A stretch of DNA of 64,000 nucleotides from assembly GCA_043798935.1 (NCBI GenBank), contig JAZDOC010000014.1, positions 3,549 to 67,548 of the forward strand, written 5' to 3'. Under the pieces are notes generated by a model. It searched no databases, was not told the origin of the DNA, and saw only the letters and a program-made list of their open reading frames with translations. Shown here in pieces: positions 43,418-52,962 of the stretch. The position numbers and the translations under genes are program-made. How positions within the stretch are numbered: the stretch's first letter is position 1; each line of letters begins with the position of its first letter. The DNA is from Patescibacteria group bacterium (GTDB taxonomy: Bacteria > Patescibacteriota > Patescibacteriia > UBA9570 > JAHJKD01).

Positions 43418-44053
43418 TTAAGAAAAAATTTCTTTTACATTTTCCCAGACTTCATTAATTGATGGTAGCCCATTTACTCTATGAAGTAAACCCATTTGTT
43501 CATATTTGTCTAAAATTGGTTCAGACTCTTTATGATAAATTGCTAGTCTAATTTCTAAAGCTTCTTTGGTATCGTCAGCGCGCTGGGCCAGCTCGTTGCC
43601 ACAACCATCACAAATTCCTTCACGTTTAGGGGCTTTATATGCTTTGTGGTAAGTCATACCGCAATTTAAACACGCTCTTCGACCACCAATGCGGCGAATA
43701 GATTCTTTGTCGTTAATACCAATTAGCAAAACATGCGAAATTTTAACAATTTCCTCTAATGCCCGCGCCTGTGTTATATTTCGCGGGAAACCATCTAAAA
43801 TAAATCCGTTCACACAATCGCTTTGATTTAAGCGATCAGCAATCATTTCAATAGTGAGACTGTCTGGTACAAGCTCACCTTTATTAATAAAAGTTTGTGC
43901 TTTTTTCCCCAGCTCGGTTTTCTCCTTTATATTACTACGAAAAATATTCCCGGTTACAATTAATGGGATATTTAGATACTCGGCTAATTTTTCACCCTGT
44001 GTTCCTTTGCCTGAACCCTGTGGACCAAAAAGTAAAATTTTATATGAAGTCAT
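43418..44053 (-). CDS. adk: adenylate kinase (Zn-lid type)
   Basis: P-loop GPQGSGKGTQ, NMP-binding region, and a lid with CLNCG...CDGCG. Confidence 0.92.
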   Translation of the reverse strand: MTSYKILLFGPQGSGKGTQGEKLAEYLNIPLIVTGNIFRSNIKEKTELGKKAQTFINKGELVPDSLTIEMIADRLNQSDCVNGFILDGFPRNITQARALEEIVKISHVLLIGINDKESIRRIGGRRACLNCGMTYHKAYKAPKREGICDGCGNELAQRADDTKEALEIRLAIYHKESEPILDKYEQMGLLHRVNGLPSINEVWENVKEIFS

Positions 44054-44148
44054 ATTTTTTTAACCAAACCTTTCGATACAATGCTTAGATACAAATTTCC
44101 TTCGGAAATTTACTCAGCATCGCTCAAGGTTTTAATTGTATCGGCGGA

Positions 44149-45426
44149 TTAAAAATTTTCGTAATCTCTAACCGTCAATTGCGAATCGATAGATTTTACG
44201 GTTTCAATAGCCACTGATACAACGATTAATAATGAAGTGCCACCAATAGCTAAAGATGCAAAACTATTTCCACCAATAGCTTTAATGATTAACGGTAAAA
44301 TAGCGATTATGCCTAAAAAAGCTGCACCGGCCAATAAAATGTGATTAGAAACTTTTCCTAAATATTCGGCCGTTAATTTGCCGGGTCTGATGCCGGGAAT
44401 AAAACCGCCTTGTTTTTGTAAATTTTCTGCAATCTGTTCAGGATGAAATATTACAGCTGTATAAAAATAAGTAAATGCAAAAACTAAAGAAAAATATGCT
44501 ACACCGTAAAATAGCTGATTATTAAATAATTGAATTACGAACTGACAAATACTCGTCATGAATCCACTGGTATAGCCCATTACAAACTGAGCAATGAGTG
44601 GTGGAAACAATACAAAGGCAATCGCAAAGATAATCGGTATTACACCGGCTTGATTTACACGTAACGGTAAATGACTGGTCATACCACCATAAACTTTATT
44701 GCCTCTAATTTGTCTGGCATAGGAAACTGGAATATTTCTTTGTGCTTCAGATATAATAACGATTCCAACAATGGTAATAACTGCAACCACTAAAAATGCA
44801 ATTAGCATTGGTAATCTCGAAGGATCAAAAGTTGCTATGATTTGTTGGATAGCTGTTGGCACACGCGATACGATACCAGCAAAGATTAATAATGAAATAC
44901 CATTACCAACATTTTTTTCAGTGATCATTTCACCAATCCACATTAAAAATACAGCACCGCCGGTAATCATAGCAACAGCAGTCACCCACTGAATAATATT
45001 CAAATCGCCAACAATACCCTGCCCAGTTCGCTGTAAAACAGTAATAGTTGCAAATGATTGAACAGCCGCTAATGGCACTGTTAAATATCTGGTGTATTGA
45101 TTGATTTTTTTGTATCCTTCTGGTTCTTTGGAAAGTTCTTCGAGTTGTGGAATAATACTAGTTAATAACTGAAAAATAATAGAAGCTGTAATATATGGAC
45201 CTACGCCAAGCATTACAATAGAGAAATTTTCCATAGCACCACCTGTAAATAAATTCAACATACCAAGCACTTGGTTGCTATCGAAAAAATTTCTTAAATT
45301 GGCAACATCTACTCCGGGAATCGGAATATGAGCTGCAAATCTGAACAAAATTAATAAACTTAGAACAAAAAGAATATTATATCTTAAGTCGTTAAGCTTC
45401 CAAATTCGTCTTATTTTTTCCCACAT
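44149..45426 (-). CDS. secY: preprotein translocase subunit SecY
   Basis: 10-TM protein with conserved SecY blocks (LGVGPYITASIIFQLL) at the end of the spc operon. Confidence 0.92.
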   Translation of the reverse strand: MWEKIRRIWKLNDLRYNILFVLSLLILFRFAAHIPIPGVDVANLRNFFDSNQVLGMLNLFTGGAMENFSIVMLGVGPYITASIIFQLLTSIIPQLEELSKEPEGYKKINQYTRYLTVPLAAVQSFATITVLQRTGQGIVGDLNIIQWVTAVAMITGGAVFLMWIGEMITEKNVGNGISLLIFAGIVSRVPTAIQQIIATFDPSRLPMLIAFLVVAVITIVGIVIISEAQRNIPVSYARQIRGNKVYGGMTSHLPLRVNQAGVIPIIFAIAFVLFPPLIAQFVMGYTSGFMTSICQFVIQLFNNQLFYGVAYFSLVFAFTYFYTAVIFHPEQIAENLQKQGGFIPGIRPGKLTAEYLGKVSNHILLAGAAFLGIIAILPLIIKAIGGNSFASLAIGGTSLLIVVSVAIETVKSIDSQLTVRDYENF

Positions 45427-45818
45427 GTTTTAGTTTCTCCCCCGGCTTTTGTAATAGCTTCAGACGCAACTTTAGAAAATGCCGAAGCGCATACAATTAA
45501 TTTTTTTGATAATTTTCCAGAACCTAATACTTTATAACCTTCTAGTTTAACCTTTTGACCATCTTTATATGTAGTTTCTAGATCTTTTAAATTGATAATC
45601 AATAATTTATCGTTTAAACTTTTAAAACCTTTAACTTTAGGAATTTTTTTGAAAGTTTGTTTTAGACCCATTAATTTTAAACCACCTTTTCCGCCAGAAC
45701 GAGATTTTTGACCTTTTAACCCTCGGCTTGAATATGTTCCTCTGCCGGAAGCATTACCACGACCAACACGACGCTTTGTTTTTCTAGGTTTGGGTTTTAA
45801 ATTTGTAAGAGTAAGCAT
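45411..45818 (-). CDS. rplO: 50S ribosomal protein L15
   Basis: KRRVGRGNASGRGTYSSRGLKGQKSRSGG is the glycine-rich L15 N-terminus. Confidence 0.9.
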   Translation of the reverse strand: MLTLTNLKPKPRKTKRRVGRGNASGRGTYSSRGLKGQKSRSGGKGGLKLMGLKQTFKKIPKVKGFKSLNDKLLIINLKDLETTYKDGQKVKLEGYKVLGSGKLSKKLIVCASAFSKVASEAITKAGGETKTCGKK

Positions 45819-45823
45819 ATATT

Positions 45824-46330
45824 TTAGTTTGATTCTAATTTCTTTTTTAATTCTTCGCGACTTTGTAAGCTAGATAATGCTTTTATTACCGCTCTGATAT
45901 TATTAATCTTATTTTTTGAGCCTTTCATTTTAGCTACAATATTTTTAATGCCAGCAATTTCAATAACCATACGTACTGGGCCACCGGCGATTACACCTCT
46001 TCCCATTCGAGCCGGCTTCAACAATACTACAGCACTTGACACTTTCATCAGCACTTCATGCGGAATGGTTTCGTTGTGCATTTTTACAGTAATGATATTT
46101 TTATGTGCTCTTTTAACAGCTTTTTCTACTGCTAAAGCAACGTCTGCTCCTTTGGCGATACCAATACCAACTTGTCCTTTTTTATCTCCAATTACAACAG
46201 CGGCTCGAAAACGCATTCTTTTACCGCCAGCCATTACTCTGGTCACGCGCGCTAGATCAACAATCTTCTGTTCAAAATCATCAGTTGGCTGTTTGGCTTG
46301 TTTCTTTTTTCCTTTTTTTTGATACACCAT
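45824..46330 (-). CDS. rpsE: 30S ribosomal protein S5
   Basis: dsRBD-like VTRVMAGGKRMRFRAAVVIGDKKGQVGIGIAKG. Confidence 0.9.
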   Translation of the reverse strand: MVYQKKGKKKQAKQPTDDFEQKIVDLARVTRVMAGGKRMRFRAAVVIGDKKGQVGIGIAKGADVALAVEKAVKRAHKNIITVKMHNETIPHEVLMKVSSAVVLLKPARMGRGVIAGGPVRMVIEIAGIKNIVAKMKGSKNKINNIRAVIKALSSLQSREELKKKLESN

Positions 46331-46351
46331 ATTAAAAAATCAAATAATAAA

Positions 46352-46699
46352 TTAAAATACTAAACCATTTTGCCGAGCAGCATCGGCCAATTCTTTAACT
46401 CGACCATGATAGCGATAACTGCCTTTATCAAAAACAACCTTTTCAATTTTTTTTGTTTTAGCTACAGCAGCAATAGTGGCGCCGACAGCTTTAGCTCTTT
46501 CAATTTTTGTTCCCGTAATTTCTTTGTCATTAGCCTGAGCTAATGTTGTGCTGTTAATGTCATCTATCAATTGACAGGAAATATGCTTTGAGCTACGAAA
46601 CACTGTTAATCTTGGCTTAACAGAAGTACCGCAAATTTTTGATCGAATGCGACGTTGTCTTCTGACTGCTTGTTGCTTCTTTAAAATATTTTTATTCAT
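46352..46699 (-). CDS. rplR: 50S ribosomal protein L18
   Basis: RIRSKICGTSVKPRLTVFRSSKHISCQLIDD is the canonical L18 N-terminus. Confidence 0.9.
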   Translation of the reverse strand: MNKNILKKQQAVRRQRRIRSKICGTSVKPRLTVFRSSKHISCQLIDDINSTTLAQANDKEITGTKIERAKAVGATIAAVAKTKKIEKVVFDKGSYRYHGRVKELADAARQNGLVF

Positions 46700-46722
46700 A
46701 AATTTTATAATTAAATGGTTTA

Positions 46723-47268
46723 CTAACTTGCGCTGGAAGCTTGTTTACCGGCCTTTCTTCTAATAATTTCATCTGAATATTTAATACCCTTACCTTTGTA
46801 TGGTTCGGGTTTTTTGATTTTTCTAATTTCCGCTGCGATAGCTCCGACTAATTGTTTATCGATGCCAGTAATGGTTAAAGTGTTTTTGTCAGTTTTACCT
46901 TCAATGCCTTTTGGCATTTCAAATACTACTGGATGTGAAAAACCGACTTTTAAATTCAATTTATTTCCTTGCATTTCCCAACCAAAACCAACGCCATTAA
47001 TTTCTAAAGATTTTGAAAATCCTTGGGTAACGCCAATAACCATATTATTGATAATTGAAGCAAATGTTCCCCATAAAGCTCGCCCCTGTTTGATGTCTTT
47101 GTTATTTGCGTCGACAATTAATTCATTATCCACTTGTTTTACCATAATATCTGGATGAATAAATTGAGTTAATTCTCCCTTGGGACCCTTAATTTTAATT
47201 TGGTTAGGTGCAATTTCTACACTAACTTTTTCAGGTATGTTAATTGGTTTTTTGCCGATTCTAGACAT
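46723..47268 (-). CDS. rplF: 50S ribosomal protein L6
   Basis: MSRIGKKPINIPEKVSVEI and two L6 repeats. Confidence 0.9.
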   Translation of the reverse strand: MSRIGKKPINIPEKVSVEIAPNQIKIKGPKGELTQFIHPDIMVKQVDNELIVDANNKDIKQGRALWGTFASIINNMVIGVTQGFSKSLEINGVGFGWEMQGNKLNLKVGFSHPVVFEMPKGIEGKTDKNTLTITGIDKQLVGAIAAEIRKIKKPEPYKGKGIKYSDEIIRRKAGKQASSAS

Positions 47269-47289
47269 ATTACTTTAAACTTATTTTAA

Positions 47290-47679
47290 TTAATATATTT
47301 CACAAAGCACTTCCCCACCTAAATTTTTCTGACGCGCTTCTTTATTAGTCATTAATCCGTGTGATGTGGAAATAACCGCCATACCAAAATTATTAACAAC
47401 ATATGGCAAATCTCGTTTTTTCAAATAGACACGACGCCCTGGCTTACTAACTCTCTTGAGAGAATTAATTAGAGGCTGACGGTTAATGTATTTTAATTTT
47501 ATCTTTAATACGGGTCGGGTGCCATTTTCAATTTTTTCCGAACCTGAAACATAACCGTTTTTTGATAAAATATTTGCTAGACTGTATTTTAATTTTGAAT
47601 AAGGTAAGATTACCGATTCTTTTCTCACGGCCTGAGCATTTCTTATTCTAGTTAGCATATCTGCAATTGGATCTGTCAT
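47290..47679 (-). CDS. rpsH: 30S ribosomal protein S8
   Basis: MTDPIADMLTRIRNA is the S8 N-terminus. Confidence 0.92.
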   Translation of the reverse strand: MTDPIADMLTRIRNAQAVRKESVILPYSKLKYSLANILSKNGYVSGSEKIENGTRPVLKIKLKYINRQPLINSLKRVSKPGRRVYLKKRDLPYVVNNFGMAVISTSHGLMTNKEARQKNLGGEVLCEIY

Positions 47680-47719
47680 ATTGTAATTTATTATTATCTT
47701 AATGCTTAAATTATTTTAT

Positions 47720-47905
47720 TTACCAGCTAGCTCTTTTGATTCCTGGAATTTCTCCTTTATCAGCAAGCTCTCTAAAACAAATGCGACATAAATTAAAATC
47801 TCTCATGTAACCGTGATTACGGCCACAACGCCAACAACGATTTTCTTTTCGAGTGCTAAATTTAGGAGTGCGATTTGCTTTTGCTATTTTTGATTGTTTT
47901 GCCAT
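47720..47905 (-). CDS. rpsZ: 30S ribosomal protein S14, type Z (zinc-binding)
   Basis: 61 aa containing [20 protein letters not shown]. Confidence 0.9.
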   Translation of the reverse strand: MAKQSKIAKANRTPKFSTRKENRCWRCGRNHGYMRDFNLCRICFRELADKGEIPGIKRASW

Positions 47906-47919
47906 ATTATTTTAAATCG

Positions 47920-48477
47920 TTATTTTTTATCTTGATCAGTGGCTTTAAAAGGAATGCCAATTTTTTCTAATAATTTTATACCAGCCTCACTGCTTTTAGC
48001 ATTAGTGACAATAGCAACTTCTAAGCCATGTAATTTTTCTACTTCATCTGATTTAATTTCCGGAAAAACAAAATATTCTTTGAAGCCAATATTCATATTG
48101 CCTTTTTGATCCACGGCTTTTTTTGATAAACCTCTAAAATCTCTTACTCTGGGTAAAGCTACATTGATTAATTTATCCAGAAAAGCATACATTCTTTCAC
48201 CGCGCAAAGTTACTTTAGCGCCAATTTCCATACCAGCTCTAATTTTAAAATTAGAAATAGACTTTTTCACTTTAGTAATTAATGGCTTCTGCCCTGTGAT
48301 ACGCATTAATGTATTTACTACCGTGTCTTTAAATTGAGAATCGGAAATTATTTTTCCCATACCAACATTTATCACAATTTTTTCAATGCGCGGGATGGAT
48401 AAATCATTTTTTAAACCAAGGTCTTTTTTTAATTCGGCCTTAATTTCTTTGTTGTATTTCTCTTTTAGTCTGTTCAT
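47920..48477 (-). CDS. rplE: 50S ribosomal protein L5
   Basis: MNRLKEKYNKEIKAELKKDLGLKN plus the conserved L5 core. Confidence 0.9.
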   Translation of the reverse strand: MNRLKEKYNKEIKAELKKDLGLKNDLSIPRIEKIVINVGMGKIISDSQFKDTVVNTLMRITGQKPLITKVKKSISNFKIRAGMEIGAKVTLRGERMYAFLDKLINVALPRVRDFRGLSKKAVDQKGNMNIGFKEYFVFPEIKSDEVEKLHGLEVAIVTNAKSSEAGIKLLEKIGIPFKATDQDKK

Positions 48478-48481
48478 AAAT

Positions 48482-48793
48482 TTATATAGTTTCCTTACAT
48501 TTACTGCAAGTTCTAACTTTTTTATTATTTTCTAATTTTTTAAAACCAATTCTGGTAAGCTTGTTGCATTTGGAACAAATCAATTGCACATTAGAAACAT
48601 TTAATGGAGCATCAAATTCAATTCGTTGGCCTTTTTCGCGCTGTTTTTTAGCTTTTAAATGCTTTACCATTTTATTACACCCTTCAACAACTAATCTTTG
48701 TTCGGATGGAAAAATTTGTAATACTTTACCTTTTTTTCCTTTATCTTTTCCGGCTACGATTTTCACGTTATCGCCTTTTTGAATCTTTATCAT
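48482..48793 (-). CDS. rplX: 50S ribosomal protein L24 with C-terminal CxxC...CxxC zinc ribbon
   Basis: KOW motif MIKIQKGDNVKIVAGKDKGKKGKVLQI. The tail is ICSKCNKLTRIG...RTCSKCKETI. Confidence 0.9.
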   Translation of the reverse strand: MIKIQKGDNVKIVAGKDKGKKGKVLQIFPSEQRLVVEGCNKMVKHLKAKKQREKGQRIEFDAPLNVSNVQLICSKCNKLTRIGFKKLENNKKVRTCSKCKETI

Positions 48794-48834
48794 ATTATTT
48801 ATATTATTTGTACAGATAGAATAATATTCTTTCT

Positions 48835-49206
48835 CTACAATACTTCTGGTGCTAGCGAAGCAATTTTATTAAAACCTAAATTTTTAATTTCTCGAGGGAT
48901 AGGACCAAATACGCGTGTTCCTTTTGGTTCTTTATTTTTCTTATCAATAATAACTACAGCATTATCGCCGAAACGAATATAGCTTCCATCTTTACGACGC
49001 GTTTCTTTGCGAGTGCGTACTACCACAGCATGTAGAACTTGGCCTTTTTGTACCATTGAATGCGGTGCAGCTTCTTTAACTGATAAAGTAATAATATCGC
49101 CAATTCGAGCATATCTTTTTTGATAACCACCTAATACTCTAATACAGGCGACTCTTTTTGCTCCGGTGTTATCAGCTACTTTTAAAATACTTCTTAATTG
49201 AATCAT
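48835..49206 (-). CDS. rplN: 50S ribosomal protein L14
   Basis: [27 protein letters not shown]. Confidence 0.92.
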   Translation of the reverse strand: MIQLRSILKVADNTGAKRVACIRVLGGYQKRYARIGDIITLSVKEAAPHSMVQKGQVLHAVVVRTRKETRRKDGSYIRFGDNAVVIIDKKNKEPKGTRVFGPIPREIKNLGFNKIASLAPEVL

Positions 49207-49212
49207 AATATT

Positions 49213-49461
49213 TTAACTATAAATTACTCTCCATTTTTTATCTTTACTAATTGGCCGGCATTCAACAAAAACGACTTTATCTCCTACTTTGTATTGGTTC
49301 TTAGCATCATGTACTTTAAATTTTCGGCTAATTTGATATCTTTTCTGGTATTTTTTATGCATACGAACACTATCTATTCGAACCACAATAGTTTTATCCA
49401 TTTTATCAGAAACCACAATACCTTCTAATTTCTTTTCAATTTTATTGTTTTCCTTGGTCAT
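49213..49461 (-). CDS. rpsQ: 30S ribosomal protein S17
   Basis: KLEGIVVSDKMDKTIVVRIDSVRMHKKYQKRY OB-fold. Confidence 0.9.
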   Translation of the reverse strand: MTKENNKIEKKLEGIVVSDKMDKTIVVRIDSVRMHKKYQKRYQISRKFKVHDAKNQYKVGDKVVFVECRPISKDKKWRVIYS

Positions 49462-49651
49462 TTGTTTGTTGCTTTAATATTGTTAGAACATTAGCTATTT
49501 TTTTCTTCACAACTCTGATTTGACGGATATTACGTAATTGCTTATTAGCATCTTTAAAACGTAATTCGCGGAGTAATTCCCGTTGTTCGGCTAGAATTGC
49601 ATTTAATTCTGTTGCGCTTTTGGCTTTTAATTCTTTTAAATTATCTTTCAT
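49442..49651 (-). CDS. rpmC: 50S ribosomal protein L29
   Basis: LKELKAKSATELNAILAEQRELLRELRFK. Confidence 0.88.
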   Translation of the reverse strand: MKDNLKELKAKSATELNAILAEQRELLRELRFKDANKQLRNIRQIRVVKKKIANVLTILKQQTNDQGKQ

Positions 49652-49656
49652 ATATT

Positions 49657-50067
49657 TTAATCTTTGCTAACAAATCTTGTTTTAACTGGTAATTTATGAG
49701 CTGCTAAACGCATAGCTTCACGAGCTTGCTGTTCAGCTACACCTTCGATCTCAAACATAACGGTTCCAGCTTTGACTTCTGATACATAGTGGTCAACACT
49801 TCCTTTGCCGCCACCCATTCTGACTTCTCCACCCTTTAGAGTAATTGGTCTATCTGGAAAAACGCGTATCCAAATTTTTCCGCCACGCTGTACAAAACGT
49901 GTCATGGCTCTTCTGGCTGATTCAATTTGACGAGCTGTAATCCAAGAGCTAGTAGTAGCTTTCAAGCCATATTCGCCGTAACTTAAACTATTTTTACGGC
50001 AAGCATCGCCTTTAATTGGCAATTTGTGCCATTTTCTATGTTTAACTTTTCGGGGCATTAATAACAT
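49657..50067 (-). CDS. rplP: 50S ribosomal protein L16
   Basis: [20 protein letters not shown]. Confidence 0.92.
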   Translation of the reverse strand: MLLMPRKVKHRKWHKLPIKGDACRKNSLSYGEYGLKATTSSWITARQIESARRAMTRFVQRGGKIWIRVFPDRPITLKGGEVRMGGGKGSVDHYVSEVKAGTVMFEIEGVAEQQAREAMRLAAHKLPVKTRFVSKD

Positions 50068-50069
50068 AT

Positions 50070-50840
50070 TTATTTTTCCTTGTCTTGGTTGATAGTTTTC
50101 TTAACTCTATTATTTAATTTAGCAACTGGCGCTTTTGATTGTCGGCGATTATTTCTGCCAGTTGTTTTGTTTTCTTTTTCATTATCTTCTGTTTTAGCAA
50201 AATCGAATACATCTCCTTTGTAAATCCAAACTTTTAAACCGATAGTGCCATATAATGTATTTACTTTGCCACGAGAATAATCGATATTTGCCCGTAAAGT
50301 ATGAGTCGGAATTTTGCCATCAGTTAAAGATTCGGTTCGCGCAATTTCAACGCCATTTAAACGACCGGAGGCAATTACTTTTATACCTTTAGCACCAGCT
50401 CTTTTTGCTTGTTCAATAGCTCTTTTCATTACACGACGAAATGGCATTCTTTTTAAAATTTGCATAGCCATATTCTGCCGAATTAATTCAGCGTCTAGAT
50501 CGGGCTTACTTATTTCAGTGATTGTAATGATAATTTTAATTTTTTTGCTACCGAAAAACTTTTTTTTAATTTCTTTTTTTATTTCTTCGACACCAGCTCC
50601 ACCCCGACCGATAATAACGCCTGGTTTGGAAGTGTTTAAAATAACTTCAATATTTCCGCCAGATCGTTTGATTTCAATTTTAGATACACCTGAATTTTCA
50701 AATTTATTTTTTATATATTTTCGAATCCGAGTATCTTCTTCCAACATTTTAGGAAAATTTTGTTTCGCACAAAACCATTTGGAATTATGTTCTAATACCG
50801 TATTTAAGCGAAAAACTTTTGGATTTATCTTTTTTCCCAT
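50070..50840 (-). CDS. rpsC: 30S ribosomal protein S3 (with basic C-terminal extension)
   Basis: [23 protein letters not shown], a KH domain, and a C-terminal domain. Confidence 0.92.
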   Translation of the reverse strand: MGKKINPKVFRLNTVLEHNSKWFCAKQNFPKMLEEDTRIRKYIKNKFENSGVSKIEIKRSGGNIEVILNTSKPGVIIGRGGAGVEEIKKEIKKKFFGSKKIKIIITITEISKPDLDAELIRQNMAMQILKRMPFRRVMKRAIEQAKRAGAKGIKVIASGRLNGVEIARTESLTDGKIPTHTLRANIDYSRGKVNTLYGTIGLKVWIYKGDVFDFAKTEDNEKENKTTGRNNRRQSKAPVAKLNNRVKKTINQDKEK

Positions 50841-50841
50841 A

Positions 50842-51264
50842 TTATTTTTTTGTTACGGTTTCTTTATTCTTTAATTCTTTTTCTTCTTTTACGGCTTCTT
50901 TTTTAACTGTTTTTTTCTTGGAATCGTCGGCTGGTTTGCCTTCAAGAGTTAGTGTGACATGGGATGATCTTTTTCGAATTACAGTAGCGCGACCATGGGC
51001 GCGAGGCATTGATCTTTTTAGAGTATAGCCTTCATTAACTAAAACATTTTTCACTATCAAAGAATCGACCAATAAAGAATAATTATTGGTTGCGTTGGCC
51101 ATTGCCGAATGTAAAAGCCTTAATATGTGAGTACAAGAAATTTTATTGGCAAATTCCAACTGCGCTTCTGCCTGTTTTACTGGTAGACCTTTAATTAAAT
51201 GAGCAACCAGCCTAACTTTGCGTGGCGCTATTCTTAAATGTCGTAATTTAGCTTTTACTTCCAT
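50842..51264 (-). CDS. rplV: 50S ribosomal protein L22
   Basis: MEVKAKLRHLRIAPRKVRLVAHLIKG. Confidence 0.9.
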   Translation of the reverse strand: MEVKAKLRHLRIAPRKVRLVAHLIKGLPVKQAEAQLEFANKISCTHILRLLHSAMANATNNYSLLVDSLIVKNVLVNEGYTLKRSMPRAHGRATVIRKRSSHVTLTLEGKPADDSKKKTVKKEAVKEEKELKNKETVTKK

Positions 51265-51283
51265 TGGTATTATAATATATTAA

Positions 51284-51622
51284 TTATTTCTTAGCTCCGT
51301 CTTGGGCTTTTTTAATTTGATCTTTCTTAGCGGTTGCAGCAGCTGTAGCTTGTTCTTTTGCCATCTTACCACCATGACCTTTAAAAGTTTTAGTCGGGGA
51401 AAATTCACCCAATTTATGACCTACCATATTTTCAACAACTGAAAATTCAATAAATTTTTTGCCATTGTGTACTGCAAATGATAAACCAACCATTTCTGGA
51501 ATTATAGTAGACGAACGCGACCAAGTTTTAATTGGTTTGCGATCGTTGGTTGCTTTAGCGGCGTTCACTTTTTTTAACAATTTCTCGTCTACAAATGCGC
51601 CTTTTTTTAAACTTCTTCCCAT
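51284..51622 (-). CDS. rpsS: 30S ribosomal protein S19
   Basis: [19 protein letters not shown]...[32 protein letters not shown]. Confidence 0.92.
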   Translation of the reverse strand: MGRSLKKGAFVDEKLLKKVNAAKATNDRKPIKTWSRSSTIIPEMVGLSFAVHNGKKFIEFSVVENMVGHKLGEFSPTKTFKGHGGKMAKEQATAAATAKKDQIKKAQDGAKK

Positions 51623-51634
51623 AATTTTAAATTA

Positions 51635-52477
51635 TTATTTTCTCTTTTTCTTTCTTCTTCGAACTATATACAGATTGCTTTTTTTATTAGGATTTCTAGT
51701 TTTTACACCAAGTGCCGGTTTACCGCTTTTAGTTTTAGGATGTTTCATACCAATAGGCTGATTTCCTTCACCGCCACCATGTGGATGATCTACCGGATTT
51801 TGGGCTTTACCGCGAACGGTTGGTTTTATGCCACGATGTCGCATACGACCAGCTTTACCCCAACGAATATTTCTCCACTCAGTATTACTCATTTGGCCAA
51901 TTGTGGCTAAACATTCATTTGATATATTTCTAACTTCTGATGATGGCATTTTAACTTGAGCAAATTTACCTTCATGAGACATAACTAAAATACCATTTCC
52001 GGCACTGCGCGCTATTAATCCACCACGGCCAGGTTCTAATTCTAGATTATAAACCATAATACCAGCTGGAATATGTTTAATTGGCATTCGATTACCTGGA
52101 TTGATTTCTTGCTTTTCTAATGAAGATATTACTTTAGAACCAATTACTAAATTGTTAGGTGCTAAAATATATGACAATTCACCAGTATTGTATTTAATCA
52201 GAGCAATACGCCCACTTCGGTTTGGATCGTATTCAATGGCAATTACTTCAGCTTCTACATCGTATCGATTTCTTTTAAAGTCAACTAAACGGTATCTTTG
52301 TTTAGCTCCGCCACCTTGATGAGGAACTGTAATTTTACCTTGATTATTGCGACCACCCTTTCGTCTTTTAGCAACCGTTAAAGATTTCACCGGCTTCTTT
52401 TTTGTGATATCAGAAAAATCATCAACGCTTGATTTTCGTCGACCCGGGGTTGTTGGTTTGTATTTAGTTACTCCCAT
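51635..52477 (-). CDS. rplB: 50S ribosomal protein L2
   Basis: Conserved L2 C-terminus GGGEGNQPIGMKHPKTKSGKPALGVKTR. Confidence 0.93.
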   Translation of the reverse strand: MGVTKYKPTTPGRRKSSVDDFSDITKKKPVKSLTVAKRRKGGRNNQGKITVPHQGGGAKQRYRLVDFKRNRYDVEAEVIAIEYDPNRSGRIALIKYNTGELSYILAPNNLVIGSKVISSLEKQEINPGNRMPIKHIPAGIMVYNLELEPGRGGLIARSAGNGILVMSHEGKFAQVKMPSSEVRNISNECLATIGQMSNTEWRNIRWGKAGRMRHRGIKPTVRGKAQNPVDHPHGGGEGNQPIGMKHPKTKSGKPALGVKTRNPNKKSNLYIVRRRKKKRK

Positions 52478-52513
52478 ATTTATACTTTACTATTTGATAA
52501 TTGCTTATTAATT

Positions 52514-52960
52514 TTATACACCCTCAAATACTTGAATTGTTTCACCTTTCTTTAGATACACTATGGCTTTTTTCCATTTTTTTGTGCTTCCGCTTGTTCT
52601 GCCCCAACGTACTTTTTTACTTTTTACATTCAAAATGTTGACTCGAAACGGTGTTACACCGTAAACAGTTTTAATCGCCTTTTTTACCTCTTGCTTATTT
52701 GATTTGCTATCAATCATGAAAATGTATGATCCGGTTTGAGTAGCTTTTTCAGTAATAATCGGTTTTAATAAAACTTTATAAGCTAATTTAGTGTTCTTTT
52801 TAGAAGCTTTAAGAACTTCTTTTTTTTCGGCTTTTTTCTTTAAAAGCTTACCTTTTTCAGCATCATCTTTTTTTGGTGCATCACTAATTTTTGGCTGTTG
52901 TGGTGCTCGAGTAGCAGCTTGATCTTTTTTATCGGTTTTTAAAAAGTCTAATATGCCCAT
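52514..52960 (-). CDS. rplW: 50S ribosomal protein L23 with ~50-aa Lys-rich N-terminal extension
   Basis: Core LKPIITEKATQ...VKKAIKTVYGVTPFRVNILNV. There is no internal Met, so the extension appears translated unless a non-ATG start is used. Confidence 0.85.
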   Translation of the reverse strand: MGILDFLKTDKKDQAATRAPQQPKISDAPKKDDAEKGKLLKKKAEKKEVLKASKKNTKLAYKVLLKPIITEKATQTGSYIFMIDSKSNKQEVKKAIKTVYGVTPFRVNILNVKSKKVRWGRTSGSTKKWKKAIVYLKKGETIQVFEGV

Positions 52961-52962
52961 AT

